Assembly: GCA_034530615.2 (NCBI GenBank)
Contig: JAVRCV020000049.1
Location: 1-64,000, forward strand
Length of the DNA: 64,000 nt
Direction of reading: 5' to 3'
Source: Aulosira sp. ZfuVER01
GTDB lineage: Bacteria > Cyanobacteriota > Cyanobacteriia > Cyanobacteriales > Nostocaceae
Positions 30,563 to 41,423 of the stretch are shown in pieces (the first letter of the stretch is position 1; every line of letters starts with the position of its first letter). The notes beneath the pieces were generated by a model. The model was not told the origin of the DNA and did not search any database. It saw only the letters and a list, made by a program, of their open reading frames with translations. Position numbers and translations under genes: made by a program.

Positions 30563-33500
30563 ATGAGCTTGGAACTCAAGGTCTCTGTTGTAAATGCTGC
30601 ATTATTTGAGCGTTTTGGTAGATATCTAAATGATGTCGAAACGTCAATTATTGTCGGTTCGCTGCAAAAGCAGACTTATGAAGAGATTGCACAAAGTTCT
30701 GGTTATTCTGAAAGTTATGTCAGGCGTGATGTTGGGCCAAAGCTTTGGAAGGTGCTATCAGAAGCATTGGGGGAGGAAGTCAGCAAAAATAACTTGCAAG
30801 CAGCATTAGAGCGAAGGTTGCAGTCGCAACAGCGCATGGGAAAAAGTTATGATTCCAACTCTGGGATTGCAAGTTCAGAACTTAAAATTCAAGACTTACC
30901 TAAATCGCGTCAAGATTGGGGTGAAGCGGTTGATGTTTCATTTTTCTATGGTCGTCAAAGTGAACTTGCAACCCTCAAACAGTGGATTGTACAAGACCAA
31001 TGTCGATTGGTTGCACTGTTAGGTATGGGTGGAATTGGTAAGAGTGCTTGTAGCGTGAAGCTAGCTCAACTTCTGCAAGCAGAGTTCGAGTTGATTATCT
31101 GGCGCAGTCTACGTAATGCACCCCCTTTAGAAACTTTGTTAACTGATTTAATAGCGTTTTTATCCCACCAACAGGAAACCAAAGCAGATATAGGACGGCT
31201 GATTCATTACTTGCGTAGTCAGCGTTGTCTGGTGATTTTAGACAATATGGAAACGATTTTGGATGCACAGCAAGCTGGACAGTATCGCTCAGGTTATGAG
31301 GGATATAGCGAACTGCTGCGCTTGGTCGGAGAAACTAAACACCAAAGTTGTCTAATATTTACCAGTCGAGAAAAGCCTAGCGAAATCGCTACTTTAGAAG
31401 GGGAAGAACTAGCAGTGCGATCGCTAAAATTGGAAGGTTCGCCGGAAGTAGCACAGTCCTTATTGCAGGCGAAAAGATTGGTGGGGAATGAAGCACAGAA
31501 ACAGACATTGTGCGATCGCTACGGTAACAGTCCTCTAGCCATCAAGATAGTTGCTACCTCAATTCAAGAATTATTTGATGGTGACATCGGTGAATTCCAA
31601 AAACAAGACACTATTATTTTTAACGGCATTCGGCGTCTGTTGGATCGACAGTTTGAGAGGCTATCGCCATTAGAACAAACCATTATGTATTGGTTAGCAA
31701 TCAATCGCGAGTGGACAACGATCGCCGAATTAGAAGCAGACATTGTTGGGGCGATGCCCAAAAGCAGGATATTGGAGGGCTTGGAGTCTTTAAATGGGCG
31801 ATCGCTTCTAGAAAAGAAATCTGGTAGCTACACTCAACAACCTGTGGTCATGGAATATGTCACTGACCGATTGATTGAGCAGATTGTTAACGAATTAATT
31901 ACAAAAAACCTCTCATTATTCCTTAGCCATGCCTTAATCAAGACCACAGTCAAAGATTACGTGCGCTCAAGTCAAGTTCGACTGATTTTACAACCCGTTG
32001 CTGAATTATTTAAGAGAGTATTTAACTCAACTTTCATTCTCAAACAACAACTTCAAGCAATTACACAGTTACTGCGACAGCCAGAAAACAGGCTATCTGG
32101 TTGTGGTGGCGGAAATCTAATCAATCTTTGCCGTTATTTGCAAATCGATTTAACAAACTCTGATTTTTCTGATCTAACAATTTGGCACGCCGATCTGCAA
32201 GGAGTAGATTTACATCGAGTCAGCTTTGCCCGTTCCGATCTAGCTAAGTCTACTTTTACTCAAGCCTTTAGCGTTGCTACAACTGTAGCCTTTAGCCCAA
32301 ATGGGGAAATTTTAGCGATCGGAGATGGTACAGGGAAAATTAACCTCTGGCAAATTCTCGGCAGCAAGGGACTGACAGTAGAAATAGGTCAACCACTTTT
32401 CACTCTCAAAGAACACCAAGCTTGGATTTGGTCAGTTAGCTTCAGTCCAGATGGAAAGACAATCGCTAGCGCCAGTGAAGATTGCACCGTTAGGCTTTGG
32501 AATGTAAAAACAGGTGAGAGCTTAAGAATTTTACATGGTCATACTGGGATGGTATCGTCAGTTACCTTTAGCCCCGATGGTCAGATAGTTGCAAGTGGCA
32601 GTGCCGATTTAACGATTAGGTTATGGGATGTCAACACAGGTGAATGTTTAAAAATTCTCTGCGGACATAACCATCAAGTACGCACAATCGCCTTTAGCCC
32701 TGATGGTCAAACAATTGCTAGTGCTAGTGATGACCAAACGATCGGGCTTTGGCAAGTCAGCACAGGTCAAGTTTTGACAGTTTTAGAAGGACATACCAGT
32801 CCGGTATGGGCAGTTGCTTTTCACCCTAATGGCAAGATGCTTGCTAGTGGTAGCCACGACCAAACTGTTAAGTTCTGGGATACTCACACGGGTAAATGCC
32901 GGAAAACTTTACAGGGACACGACAGTATGGTGTGGTCAGTCGCCTTTCACCCCAATAGACAAATCCTGGCGAGTGGCAGTGGAGATGCAACTGTCAGACT
33001 CTGGAATACTGACACAGGCCAATGTGTGAAAATTTTGCAGGAACACAACAGCATGGTATGGTCAGTTGCTTTCCACCCCAATGGGCAAATCCTGGCGAGT
33101 GGTAGTGAAGATCGCACTGTAAAACTCTGGGATTTGCAAAGCAACCAAGCTTTAAGAACATTTCAAGGCTATGCCAATCAGATTTGGTCAGTTGCCTTTA
33201 GTCCTAACGAACAAATCCTTGCTAGTGGCGGTACTAATTCTTTAAGGCTCTGGGATACTGATACAGGTGAATGTCTAAAAACATTACAGGGACATACCAG
33301 TTGGGTGACATCTGTTGCCTTTAGTCTCGATGGACAAACCCTTGCTAGTAGCAGTTGCGATCGCACGATTCGCATCTGGGCTGTAGGTACGGGCGAATGT
33401 CTCAAAACATTACAGGGGCATACTAGTTGGGCATCAGGAGTCGCCTTCAGCCCTGTGGAACCAATTCTTGCTAGCGGTGGTTTCGACAAAACTATTAAGA

Positions 33501-34144
33501 TCTGGAGTATCCATGACGGTAGATGCATTAATACTTTGCAAGGACATACAAGTTTCGTATGGTCAACCGCTTTTAGTCCCAATGGGCAAACTCTTGCTAG
33601 TAGTAGCTTTGATAAAACTATCAGACTGTGGGACATCAACGATGGTAAGTGTTTGAAAGTTTTACAAGGACATAATAATTGGGTTTGGTCAGTAGCTTAT
33701 AGTCCTGATGGGCAAACTTTGGCGAGTAGCAGTGCTGACCACAGCATTAAATTGTGGGATGCTAACACAGGTGAATGCTTGAAAACTCTACAAGAGCATA
33801 CCAATCAAGTTTTTCAAGTCAAGTTTAGCCCAGACAATCAAACACTTGTCAGTTGCAGTACTGACCAAACAATCAAACTATGGAATGTTAATTCCGGTCA
33901 ATGTCTTGCAACTTTAAAAGGACATACAAATCAGATTCGTTGTGTTGCTTTTAATGGCAATGGACAAATCGTTGCTAGTGGTAGCGCTGATGATACTGTT
34001 AAAATCTGGGATTGGAAAAAGGGTGAATGTCTGAAAACCCTCAAAGCTGAACTACCCTATCAAGATATGAATATTACGAATATTATAGGTTTAACCGCAG
34101 CCCAAAAAGCCACTTTGAAAGCTTTAGGAGCGATTGAGCAATAG
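30563..34144 (+). CDS. STAND NTPase: N-terminal HTH, NB-ARC, pentapeptide segment and 14 WD40 repeats
   Basis: TYEEIAQSSGYS (HTH), DWGEA, GMGGIGKS (Walker A), LVILDN (Walker B), TSRE, GH..W..V.FSPDG..LASGS.D.T..LWD repeats. Confidence 0.93.
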   Translation: MSLELKVSVVNAALFERFGRYLNDVETSIIVGSLQKQTYEEIAQSSGYSESYVRRDVGPKLWKVLSEALGEEVSKNNLQAALERRLQSQQRMGKSYDSNSGIASSELKIQDLPKSRQDWGEAVDVSFFYGRQSELATLKQWIVQDQCRLVALLGMGGIGKSACSVKLAQLLQAEFELIIWRSLRNAPPLETLLTDLIAFLSHQQETKADIGRLIHYLRSQRCLVILDNMETILDAQQAGQYRSGYEGYSELLRLVGETKHQSCLIFTSREKPSEIATLEGEELAVRSLKLEGSPEVAQSLLQAKRLVGNEAQKQTLCDRYGNSPLAIKIVATSIQELFDGDIGEFQKQDTIIFNGIRRLLDRQFERLSPLEQTIMYWLAINREWTTIAELEADIVGAMPKSRILEGLESLNGRSLLEKKSGSYTQQPVVMEYVTDRLIEQIVNELITKNLSLFLSHALIKTTVKDYVRSSQVRLILQPVAELFKRVFNSTFILKQQLQAITQLLRQPENRLSGCGGGNLINLCRYLQIDLTNSDFSDLTIWHADLQGVDLHRVSFARSDLAKSTFTQAFSVATTVAFSPNGEILAIGDGTGKINLWQILGSKGLTVEIGQPLFTLKEHQAWIWSVSFSPDGKTIASASEDCTVRLWNVKTGESLRILHGHTGMVSSVTFSPDGQIVASGSADLTIRLWDVNTGECLKILCGHNHQVRTIAFSPDGQTIASASDDQTIGLWQVSTGQVLTVLEGHTSPVWAVAFHPNGKMLASGSHDQTVKFWDTHTGKCRKTLQGHDSMVWSVAFHPNRQILASGSGDATVRLWNTDTGQCVKILQEHNSMVWSVAFHPNGQILASGSEDRTVKLWDLQSNQALRTFQGYANQIWSVAFSPNEQILASGGTNSLRLWDTDTGECLKTLQGHTSWVTSVAFSLDGQTLASSSCDRTIRIWAVGTGECLKTLQGHTSWASGVAFSPVEPILASGGFDKTIKIWSIHDGRCINTLQGHTSFVWSTAFSPNGQTLASSSFDKTIRLWDINDGKCLKVLQGHNNWVWSVAYSPDGQTLASSSADHSIKLWDANTGECLKTLQEHTNQVFQVKFSPDNQTLVSCSTDQTIKLWNVNSGQCLATLKGHTNQIRCVAFNGNGQIVASGSADDTVKIWDWKKGECLKTLKAELPYQDMNITNIIGLTAAQKATLKALGAIEQ

Positions 34145-34154
34145 GCGATCGCAT

Positions 34155-34505
34155 TTATGAATCCTGAATGTCCATTCGTCGGATTAGACCATTATCGATA
34201 GTGTAAATATGCTGAACCATTTTATCTATTATTAAGTTTCCGTCTAAATCGCGTACAACTTGATGAACATCAACCACGATTTGTCCGCCTTGATCGAGTT
34301 GAAATTTTTGGGGTTCAACATGAGGATTAATCAATTGCCATTGGCGAGTCCAATAATTACGTACTGCCTCATGTCCGCGAACATACCCGCCTTCCATGCC
34401 ATTTGCCCACTCTACATCAGAGTGCATCAACGCGAGAACGGAATCAATATCACGAGCGTTAAAGGCAGCATACGCTTTTGTGAGTAAATCTTGCTGTATT
34501 TGCAT
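34155..34505 (-). CDS. SnoaL-like / NTF2 family protein
   Basis: AYAAFNARDID, DVEWANG..GHEAVRNYW, VDVHQVVRD. Confidence 0.88.
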   Translation of the reverse strand: MQIQQDLLTKAYAAFNARDIDSVLALMHSDVEWANGMEGGYVRGHEAVRNYWTRQWQLINPHVEPQKFQLDQGGQIVVDVHQVVRDLDGNLIIDKMVQHIYTIDNGLIRRMDIQDS

Positions 34506-35005
34506 CAGGGTTTGCCACTCCACTGTTATTTTCTCTATAGCTTTGCCATCGATATAATCCTTTTAACATTTGCAACCCAAACCATGCACAAGGATTTCTC
34601 TCGCCATCACAACATAGAAGTTTAATTTGATATCTCTCCAGATTTATAGAGCTTTTTCAATCAAAACTAGCCCTATATTTTTGCATATTTGCTACTGAAT
34701 AAGCATTGTTACACAAATTTTTATTATTGAGGAGGTTGATTTTCTTAATAAAATGATTAATTATATCATGATTTTACGCTTGCTATATTGGCATGAGTAT
34801 TTATTGGATGACTGGTACTTAATATAGATAGAATAACTAACTTAAGATAGAAGCATAAATGCGATCGCAACATTTATCCTGTTAAGGATTTAAATTTTCA
34901 TAGCCAAGGCAGCTACAGTCAACTTAAATATTTAGCCAGTTCAACTGGAAATATAAAAATATTTATTTAACACTTAGTTCTACCCTCTAATTTAATTCCT
35001 AAACA

Positions 35006-37087
35006 ATGGCATTAAACTCGCTCGTAGATAGTCCAATCATTGCATTTACAATTCTCCTGGCAGTAATCTTTACTGTGCCCCCTTTATTTGAGCGACTGCG
35101 ACTACCTGGATTAGTAGGTTTACTAGTAGCAGGTGTCATCTTAGGGCAAAATGGGTTAAAGCTGTTAAACTCGGAATCCGAAACTATTAAATTGCTCTCG
35201 GATATCGGCAAGATTTACTTGATGTTCGTGGCAGGTTTAGAAATCGATTTAGAACAGTTTCGTAAAACAAAAAATCGTTCAATTGGTTTTGGAACTTTTA
35301 CATTTTTAGTTCCGCTAATTGCTGGCATTATTGCCGGACGTTTATTTAACTTTAGTTGGAATTCTTCGGTTTTAATTGGTTCTTTACTTGCCTCTCATAC
35401 TCTCTTGGCGTATCCAATTGTCAGCCGTTTAGGAGTTGTAACCAATGAAGCGGTGACAGTTACAATTGGTGCCACTATTTTTACAGACACAGGTGCTTTG
35501 CTCGTATTAGCAATTTGTGTAGGCATTCATGGTGGGGATTTTTCTGCCCTCAGTTTAGTAACTTTGTTGGGTGGATTGGCAATTTATTCTGTTGTAGTTT
35601 TATTCGGCTTTGATTGGGCAGGAAAACAGTTCTTTCGCCGTTCTGGAGATGAACAAAGTAACCAGTTTATCTTTATCTTACTGGCATTATTTTTAGCCTC
35701 AGTCGGAGCGCAAGTAATTGGAGTTGAAAAAATTGTTGGGGCATTTCTAGCAGGTTTAGCAGTCAACGATGTTCTAGGACGCAGCCCAGTCAAAGAAAAA
35801 GTAGAATTTATTGGCAGTGCTTTGTTTATCCCTTGTTTCTTTGTGGACATGGGATTATTAATTAATATTCCAGCATTTCTGAAAACTCTCAGTTCAATTT
35901 GGCTGACTGTAGTTATTGTAGGGGCTTTAATTGGCAGTAAATTTATAGCAGCATTATTAGCCAAACTATTTTACCGTTACAACTGGGCAGAAATGTTAAC
36001 GATGTGGTCATTGTCTTTACCACAGGTAGCAGCGACACTAGCCGCAACATTGGTTGCTTATCAAACTGTAAATCCAGCAGGCGAACGACTAATCAATGAA
36101 GGTGTATTAAATAGCGTGATTGTGCTGATGCTAGTTACTGCTATTCTCGGCCCGGTAATTACAGCCAGAACTGCTACTTTGTTGCAGGTTTCTCAGTCAG
36201 ATTTACAAACAGATAAACTGACAACTTGGTGGGAAAATGCTGATGAGCAACTGGTAGAGGAAACACAAGAGCCATTCACCATCATAGTACCAATATACAA
36301 CCCCCAAACCCAACGCTATCTGATAGAAATGGCAGCTTTGATAAGTCGTCATGAATCAGGAAGGATTGTGCCTTTAGCTATTACCAAAGCTCATATCCAG
36401 ATGGACGATCCACAATTAGTAGTAGCGCTAGAAGAAAGTAAAAAACGATTAAATTTAACCAGAGAAATCAGTCAAGAATTTGGTGTAGAAGTGTCACCTG
36501 CAATTCGGATTGATGACGATCCAGCTTTAGGAATTAGCCGCACTAGTCGAGAACAAAACGCTAGTTTAGTGGTGATGGGTTGGTCGCGGACAACAGGCTT
36601 ACGTGCCCGTTTATTTGGTAATGTGATTGATAGCGTTTTTTGGTCATCTCACTGTCCGGTAGCAGTAACACGCCTGTTGAGTAGTCCCGCGACTATCCAA
36701 AGAATTCTTGTACCAGTTGGCGACTTAACACGGCAAACCATAGGCGCTGTCAGGTTTGCGCAAATTTTAGCTGATGTCAATCAAGCAGAAGTAGTACTTT
36801 TACACGTGAGCGATCGCAAAACGCCTCAAAACATAGTAGATAAATTTGCCTTGCAAATGTCTGAAATTGCCGATCAAAGCCAGTTACAAATCAAGACCAA
36901 CATTCAAACAATTAGGGGTGATGATATTGCTAGAAACATCATTCGAGAAGCTGAGAAATTTGATTTAGCCGTGTTGCGTTCTGTTCGTTATCGCACAGCA
37001 GGTGGATTAGCCGTTAGCCATGTGACAACCCAAGTAATTAGAGAATTAAAATGCTCAATTGTGTTGTTAGGAGAACCTAACTCATGA
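35006..37087 (+). CDS. CPA2 cation:proton antiporter with C-terminal universal-stress domains
   Basis: LMFVAGLE, SHTL..YP, GAFLAGL, FIPCFF; USP-like C-terminus. Confidence 0.9.
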   Translation: MALNSLVDSPIIAFTILLAVIFTVPPLFERLRLPGLVGLLVAGVILGQNGLKLLNSESETIKLLSDIGKIYLMFVAGLEIDLEQFRKTKNRSIGFGTFTFLVPLIAGIIAGRLFNFSWNSSVLIGSLLASHTLLAYPIVSRLGVVTNEAVTVTIGATIFTDTGALLVLAICVGIHGGDFSALSLVTLLGGLAIYSVVVLFGFDWAGKQFFRRSGDEQSNQFIFILLALFLASVGAQVIGVEKIVGAFLAGLAVNDVLGRSPVKEKVEFIGSALFIPCFFVDMGLLINIPAFLKTLSSIWLTVVIVGALIGSKFIAALLAKLFYRYNWAEMLTMWSLSLPQVAATLAATLVAYQTVNPAGERLINEGVLNSVIVLMLVTAILGPVITARTATLLQVSQSDLQTDKLTTWWENADEQLVEETQEPFTIIVPIYNPQTQRYLIEMAALISRHESGRIVPLAITKAHIQMDDPQLVVALEESKKRLNLTREISQEFGVEVSPAIRIDDDPALGISRTSREQNASLVVMGWSRTTGLRARLFGNVIDSVFWSSHCPVAVTRLLSSPATIQRILVPVGDLTRQTIGAVRFAQILADVNQAEVVLLHVSDRKTPQNIVDKFALQMSEIADQSQLQIKTNIQTIRGDDIARNIIREAEKFDLAVLRSVRYRTAGGLAVSHVTTQVIRELKCSIVLLGEPNS

Positions 37088-37159
37088 GCAAAGATTAAAC
37101 GGAAGCAGGGAACGGGCGACAGAGAATTAAAATAAGTAGTATCTGTCGCTTTTACACTT

Positions 37160-37867
37160 GTGTTTAACCAGCCTCAAAAGTTAACAGAAAACCACCTGCT
37201 GGCTAACTTTCCACCGCAGGAGCTAAAACGCTTGCATCCTCATCTGGAGCTAGTTTCGCTCTCATTAGGAGAATCTATTATCTTGCCTAATGAGCCTATA
37301 TCTTTTATCTATTTTCCTGTTAACTCATTACTCTCTCTCGTGACAGTGATGGAGGATGGCTCAACGGTGGAATCTGGGTGTGTTGGACGTGAGGGAATGG
37401 CAGGTTTGCCAATTCTTTTGGATGCAACTACAACGCCGATGCAAACGTTGGTACAAATTGTAGGTTTGGCAGTGCGTGTTAAAGCTCAGATCCTCAAAGA
37501 GGCGTTTGATAGAGGCGGCGCACTACAAAAGCTTCTCCACCGTTACATACATACAGTTATTGTTTTAGGTTCCCAAAGTACTGCCTGCAACGCTCTTCAT
37601 CATTTAGAAGCAAGGCTGTGTCGCTGGTTGCTAATGAGCAGTGACGGTGTGAATTCAGAGTCACTTGCCTTGACTCAGGAATTTCTGTCCACGATGCTTG
37701 GTGTTAGGCGTTCTGGAGTTAGCGAAGCTGCTAGTAAACTTCAGAGTAGAGACTTAATTCGTTATCAACGTGGACTTATTCAGATTCTTGACAGAAAAGG
37801 CTTGGAAAAATCTGCCTGTGAATGTTACGGCATCGCCAAAGCAGAATATCAGCGCTTGTTTGGCTGA
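37160..37867 (+). CDS. Crp/Fnr family transcriptional regulator
   Basis: cNMP domain GREG, RLCRWLL, HTH LTQEFLSTMLGVRRSGV. Confidence 0.9.
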   Translation: MFNQPQKLTENHLLANFPPQELKRLHPHLELVSLSLGESIILPNEPISFIYFPVNSLLSLVTVMEDGSTVESGCVGREGMAGLPILLDATTTPMQTLVQIVGLAVRVKAQILKEAFDRGGALQKLLHRYIHTVIVLGSQSTACNALHHLEARLCRWLLMSSDGVNSESLALTQEFLSTMLGVRRSGVSEAASKLQSRDLIRYQRGLIQILDRKGLEKSACECYGIAKAEYQRLFG

Positions 37868-37897
37868 AGCTGTAACATCACTTTTTGTTGTCTCTAT

Positions 37898-38656
37898 CTA
37901 AGCAAATTTACTCGCAGTTGCAAATCGGTTGTTAATCTCATCCCAATTAACCACATTCCACCAAGCTTCTAAATAATCGGCGCGGCGGTTTTGGTAGTTA
38001 AGATAATATGCGTGTTCCCAAACATCATTACCTAAAATAGGATATTTACCTGCACTGATGGGACTGTCTTGGTTAGCTGTTGTAGTTACTTCTAGCTTGC
38101 CATCTTTGTTACGGACAAGCCAAACCCAACCACTACCAAACTGGGCTGCACCAGCTGCGTTAAATTGTTTTTTAAAGGCAGCAAAATCACCAAAATTTTG
38201 ATTGATTGCAGATGCGATCGCTCCTGTGGGTTCGCCACCACCTTGGGGTTTCATAATTTGCCAAAACATTGAGTGATTCACGTGCCCACCGCCATTATTA
38301 CGTATCGTTTTGCGAACATCTGCGGGCACAGTGTCAAGTTTAAGTAACAGTTCTTCAACAGTTTTGCTTTTAAGCTGTGGATATTTCTCTAAAGCTGCAT
38401 TCAGGTTTTTCACATAAGTTGCATGATGCTTATCGTGATGAAACTGCATTGTTTTAGCATCAATGTGTGGTTCCAGTGCTTCGTAAGGATATGGCAAAAG
38501 TGGTAATTGAATCGCCCCTTTATTAGTATCTGGTGTTGGTTCAGGACTGGTTTGGTTGCCACTTGGAGATTGCTCTGCTAAGGTACAACCTTCAAATGCA
38601 AAAGTACCCGTACCTGCTGCGAGTAAAAACAAGAAATGGCGTCGATTAATAGTCAT
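37898..38656 (-). CDS. sodA: Mn-type superoxide dismutase with twin-arginine leader
   Basis: [42 protein letters not shown] leader. Confidence 0.92.
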   Translation of the reverse strand: MTINRRHFLFLLAAGTGTFAFEGCTLAEQSPSGNQTSPEPTPDTNKGAIQLPLLPYPYEALEPHIDAKTMQFHHDKHHATYVKNLNAALEKYPQLKSKTVEELLLKLDTVPADVRKTIRNNGGGHVNHSMFWQIMKPQGGGEPTGAIASAINQNFGDFAAFKKQFNAAGAAQFGSGWVWLVRNKDGKLEVTTTANQDSPISAGKYPILGNDVWEHAYYLNYQNRRADYLEAWWNVVNWDEINNRFATASKFA

Positions 38657-38810
38657 AAAAATTTTTACAGCCAATCAATTGAATATCTTGATAGCTTTTA
38701 TTTTCTTCGATTCAGGTTGCAAAAAATCAAGAAATAGGGAATGGGGCATGGGGCATTGGTAATTGTTATTTTCCCCTTGTCCCCTTGTTCCCCTTTTCCC
38801 CAATCTCTAA

Positions 38811-40232
38811 TTAACCAAAATGCTGAATAATTGCTTCGGCAAATTCAGAACACTTGAGGGGTTCTACAGGTGGTTCTAGCAACCGTGCTAAGTCGTAGGT
38901 GACTTGACGATTGGCGATCGCATCCCCTAAACCTTTCTTAACGAGGTCTGCGGCTTCTTGCCAGCCCAGATACTCAAGCATCATCACACCAGACAAAATC
39001 ACTGAACCGGGATTAATCCGGTCTAAGCCGGCGTGTTTGGGTGCAGTACCGTGGGTAGCTTCAAAGATGGCGCAGGCATCGCCAATATTCGCCCCTGGCC
39101 CCATTCCTAAGCCGCCAACAATGGCAGCCGCCGCATCAGATAGGTAATCGCCATTCAAGTTCATCGTCGCCAGAATCGAATATTCATCGGGTCTGGTTTG
39201 GATTTGTTGAAAAATACTATCGGCAATTCGGTCATTGACCATGATTTTTTCTTTCCACTTGCCGTTGCCGTGGCTATCCCAAATTGTGTTAAGAACAGTT
39301 TCAACTTCCTTGACAATTTGCGCCTTTTTCTCTGGAGTTAAGGAATCAAATCCAGGGTCAACTTGATGGGCGTTTTCTTCTAAGGAAATATTTGGGTTTT
39401 TCTCCTTATTGCTCAAAATCCAAGATTCTCGTTCGGTGATGCACTCAGCACGAAATTCGCTGGTAGCCAGTTCGTAACCCCAATCGCGGAAAGCGCCTTC
39501 GGTGTACTTCATGATGTTGCCCTTATGCACCAAAGTCACCTGTTGCTTGTTTTTGGGCAATGTTAGGGCATGTTTGATGGCACGGCGTACCAAGCGCTGG
39601 GAACCTTTTTTGCTGATGGGTTTGATGCCAATACCAGCATCCAAGGGAATTTGCTTTTTGCCGTGTTCGGGGGTGGCGGGGATGAGATCCTCGTTGAGAA
39701 TTTTAATGAGGCGATCGCCGATTTCGCTGCCTTGTCGCCACTCAATCCCCAAATAAATATCTTCTGTGTTTTCCCGATAAACAATTACATCTAGTTTTTC
39801 AGGGCTTTTGTGGGGTGAGGGTGTACCGGCATAGTAGCGACAAGGACGTACGCAAGCATATAAGTCAAAAATTTGTCTTAGTGCCACATTCAAGGAACGA
39901 ATGCCACCCCCAACAGGAGTTGTTAATGGCCCTTTGATAGCAACACCATATTCTTCAATTGCAGTTAGTGTATCTTGTGGTAAATACTGGTATGTGCCGT
40001 ATAAATCGCAGGCTTCATCCCCAGCATAAACCTTAAACCAACTAATTTGACGCTTACCGCTATATGCCTTTGCTACCGCAGCATCAAGTACTTTTTGGGC
40101 AGCAGGCCAGATATCTATACCCGTTCCATCTCCCCGAATAAAGGGGATAATGGGGTTGTCAGGCACAACCGGTTCACCATTTTTGAAGGTAATTTTTGCT
40201 CCAGTTGTTGGGGGGGTAATCTTTTCGTACAT
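38811..40232 (-). CDS. icd: NADP-dependent isocitrate dehydrogenase
   Basis: [47 protein letters not shown]. Confidence 0.98.
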   Translation of the reverse strand: MYEKITPPTTGAKITFKNGEPVVPDNPIIPFIRGDGTGIDIWPAAQKVLDAAVAKAYSGKRQISWFKVYAGDEACDLYGTYQYLPQDTLTAIEEYGVAIKGPLTTPVGGGIRSLNVALRQIFDLYACVRPCRYYAGTPSPHKSPEKLDVIVYRENTEDIYLGIEWRQGSEIGDRLIKILNEDLIPATPEHGKKQIPLDAGIGIKPISKKGSQRLVRRAIKHALTLPKNKQQVTLVHKGNIMKYTEGAFRDWGYELATSEFRAECITERESWILSNKEKNPNISLEENAHQVDPGFDSLTPEKKAQIVKEVETVLNTIWDSHGNGKWKEKIMVNDRIADSIFQQIQTRPDEYSILATMNLNGDYLSDAAAAIVGGLGMGPGANIGDACAIFEATHGTAPKHAGLDRINPGSVILSGVMMLEYLGWQEAADLVKKGLGDAIANRQVTYDLARLLEPPVEPLKCSEFAEAIIQHFG

Positions 40233-40274
40233 AAATCACACATTCCTGATCGATTGGCCATTGGCGTTGAGTAT

Positions 40275-40360
40275 TGGGTATGGGGCATGGGGCATTGGGC
40301 ATGGGGCATTGGGCATTTTATCTTCCCCTGCTTCCTTGTTCCCCTCATCTCCCTCATCCC
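40275..40360. repeat. STRR-type heptamer tandem repeats (GGGCATT/GGGCATG)
   Basis: Visible units; similar tracts at about 25710-25800, 38735-38800, 41380-41415 and 56375-56500. Confidence 0.8.
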
Positions 40361-40553
40361 TAGCTCCTGAAGCGCAGATTTTCCCCTTAATCACCTTGTA
40401 CCTTATTTGGGACTTAAGGTATGGGATTGAGTGAAACGATCGCTATTTTGTACGATCAAAAATAGTAAACTACTTTTCGCTATCAGTCTTTCATCTTTGA
40501 AAACACCCGCATAGCGATCGCTGTTTCACAATCCCGCTAAAACGAGTAATGGC

Positions 40554-41267
40554 ATGACAGACCCAATGATTGTATCAGGCCCTGCTAGTGACATCGACTC
40601 CCTCCGCCTCCAGTTAATCGCTGGGTCTCTTCAAGTCCAACAACAGATAATCCCACAATTAGCTGAATTGGGTAATGAGGGATTGGATGTATTGATGGAA
40701 TTTTTACTGAAACGTTCTGACACCCCAGCAACTTGGCTTGATGGCAAAGCCTACCAAGTACTCTACAACTCTGATGCACCTAAAGCCAAAGAATTTCTAC
40801 AAACAAATTTTCCTGAGGGCATTGTACCTCTAAAATCAGAGTGCGGGATTAATTACAATCCCTTGCAACAGCTACTTGCTGCCCAAGACTTCCAAGCCGC
40901 CGATCGCCTAACCATCCAAAAAATGTGTGAATTAGCAGGACCCACGGCATTACAACGCAAATGGTTGTATTTTACTGAAGTGGATAATTTCCCCTCGGTT
41001 GACTTGCAAACCATTAATCATCTTTGGTTAGTCCACTCTGAAGGCAAATTTGGTTTTTCCGTACAGCGCGAAATTTGGTTAGGCTTGGGAAAAAATTGGG
41101 ATAACTTCTGGACAAAAATTGGTTGGAAAAATGGTAATAACTGGACGCGATATCCTAATGAGTTTATCTGGGATTTGAGCGCTCCTAAAGGTCATTTACC
41201 TCTCTCTAACCAACTACGCGGAGTACGAGTTATTGCTTCTTTATTTGCTCATCCTACTTGGAAGTAG
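40554..41267 (+). CDS. gun4: GUN4 (Ycf53) Mg-chelatase cofactor
   Basis: DFQAADRLT, RKWLYFTEV, SEGKFGFSVQ, WTRYP..APKGHLPLSNQLRG. Confidence 0.93.
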   Translation: MTDPMIVSGPASDIDSLRLQLIAGSLQVQQQIIPQLAELGNEGLDVLMEFLLKRSDTPATWLDGKAYQVLYNSDAPKAKEFLQTNFPEGIVPLKSECGINYNPLQQLLAAQDFQAADRLTIQKMCELAGPTALQRKWLYFTEVDNFPSVDLQTINHLWLVHSEGKFGFSVQREIWLGLGKNWDNFWTKIGWKNGNNWTRYPNEFIWDLSAPKGHLPLSNQLRGVRVIASLFAHPTWK

Positions 41268-41423
41268 TCATCATACCAATTTTAGATTGTGGATGAAAAA
41301 TCCTGACCATCAGATAGTTCTAGAAATCTCAAACCATACCAGTTTGGTATCAGTCATGAGTCCTGAGTTATTAAAAGAAAGGACAAATGACCAAGGACAA
41401 ATGACAGAGGACAAAATCGGATA

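Noticed and set aside
33178..33639. Repetitive antisense ORFs
   Set aside because: Shadows of the WD40 repeats
40047..40434. Short ORFs upstream of icd
   Set aside because: Products of heptamer repeats and icd antisense
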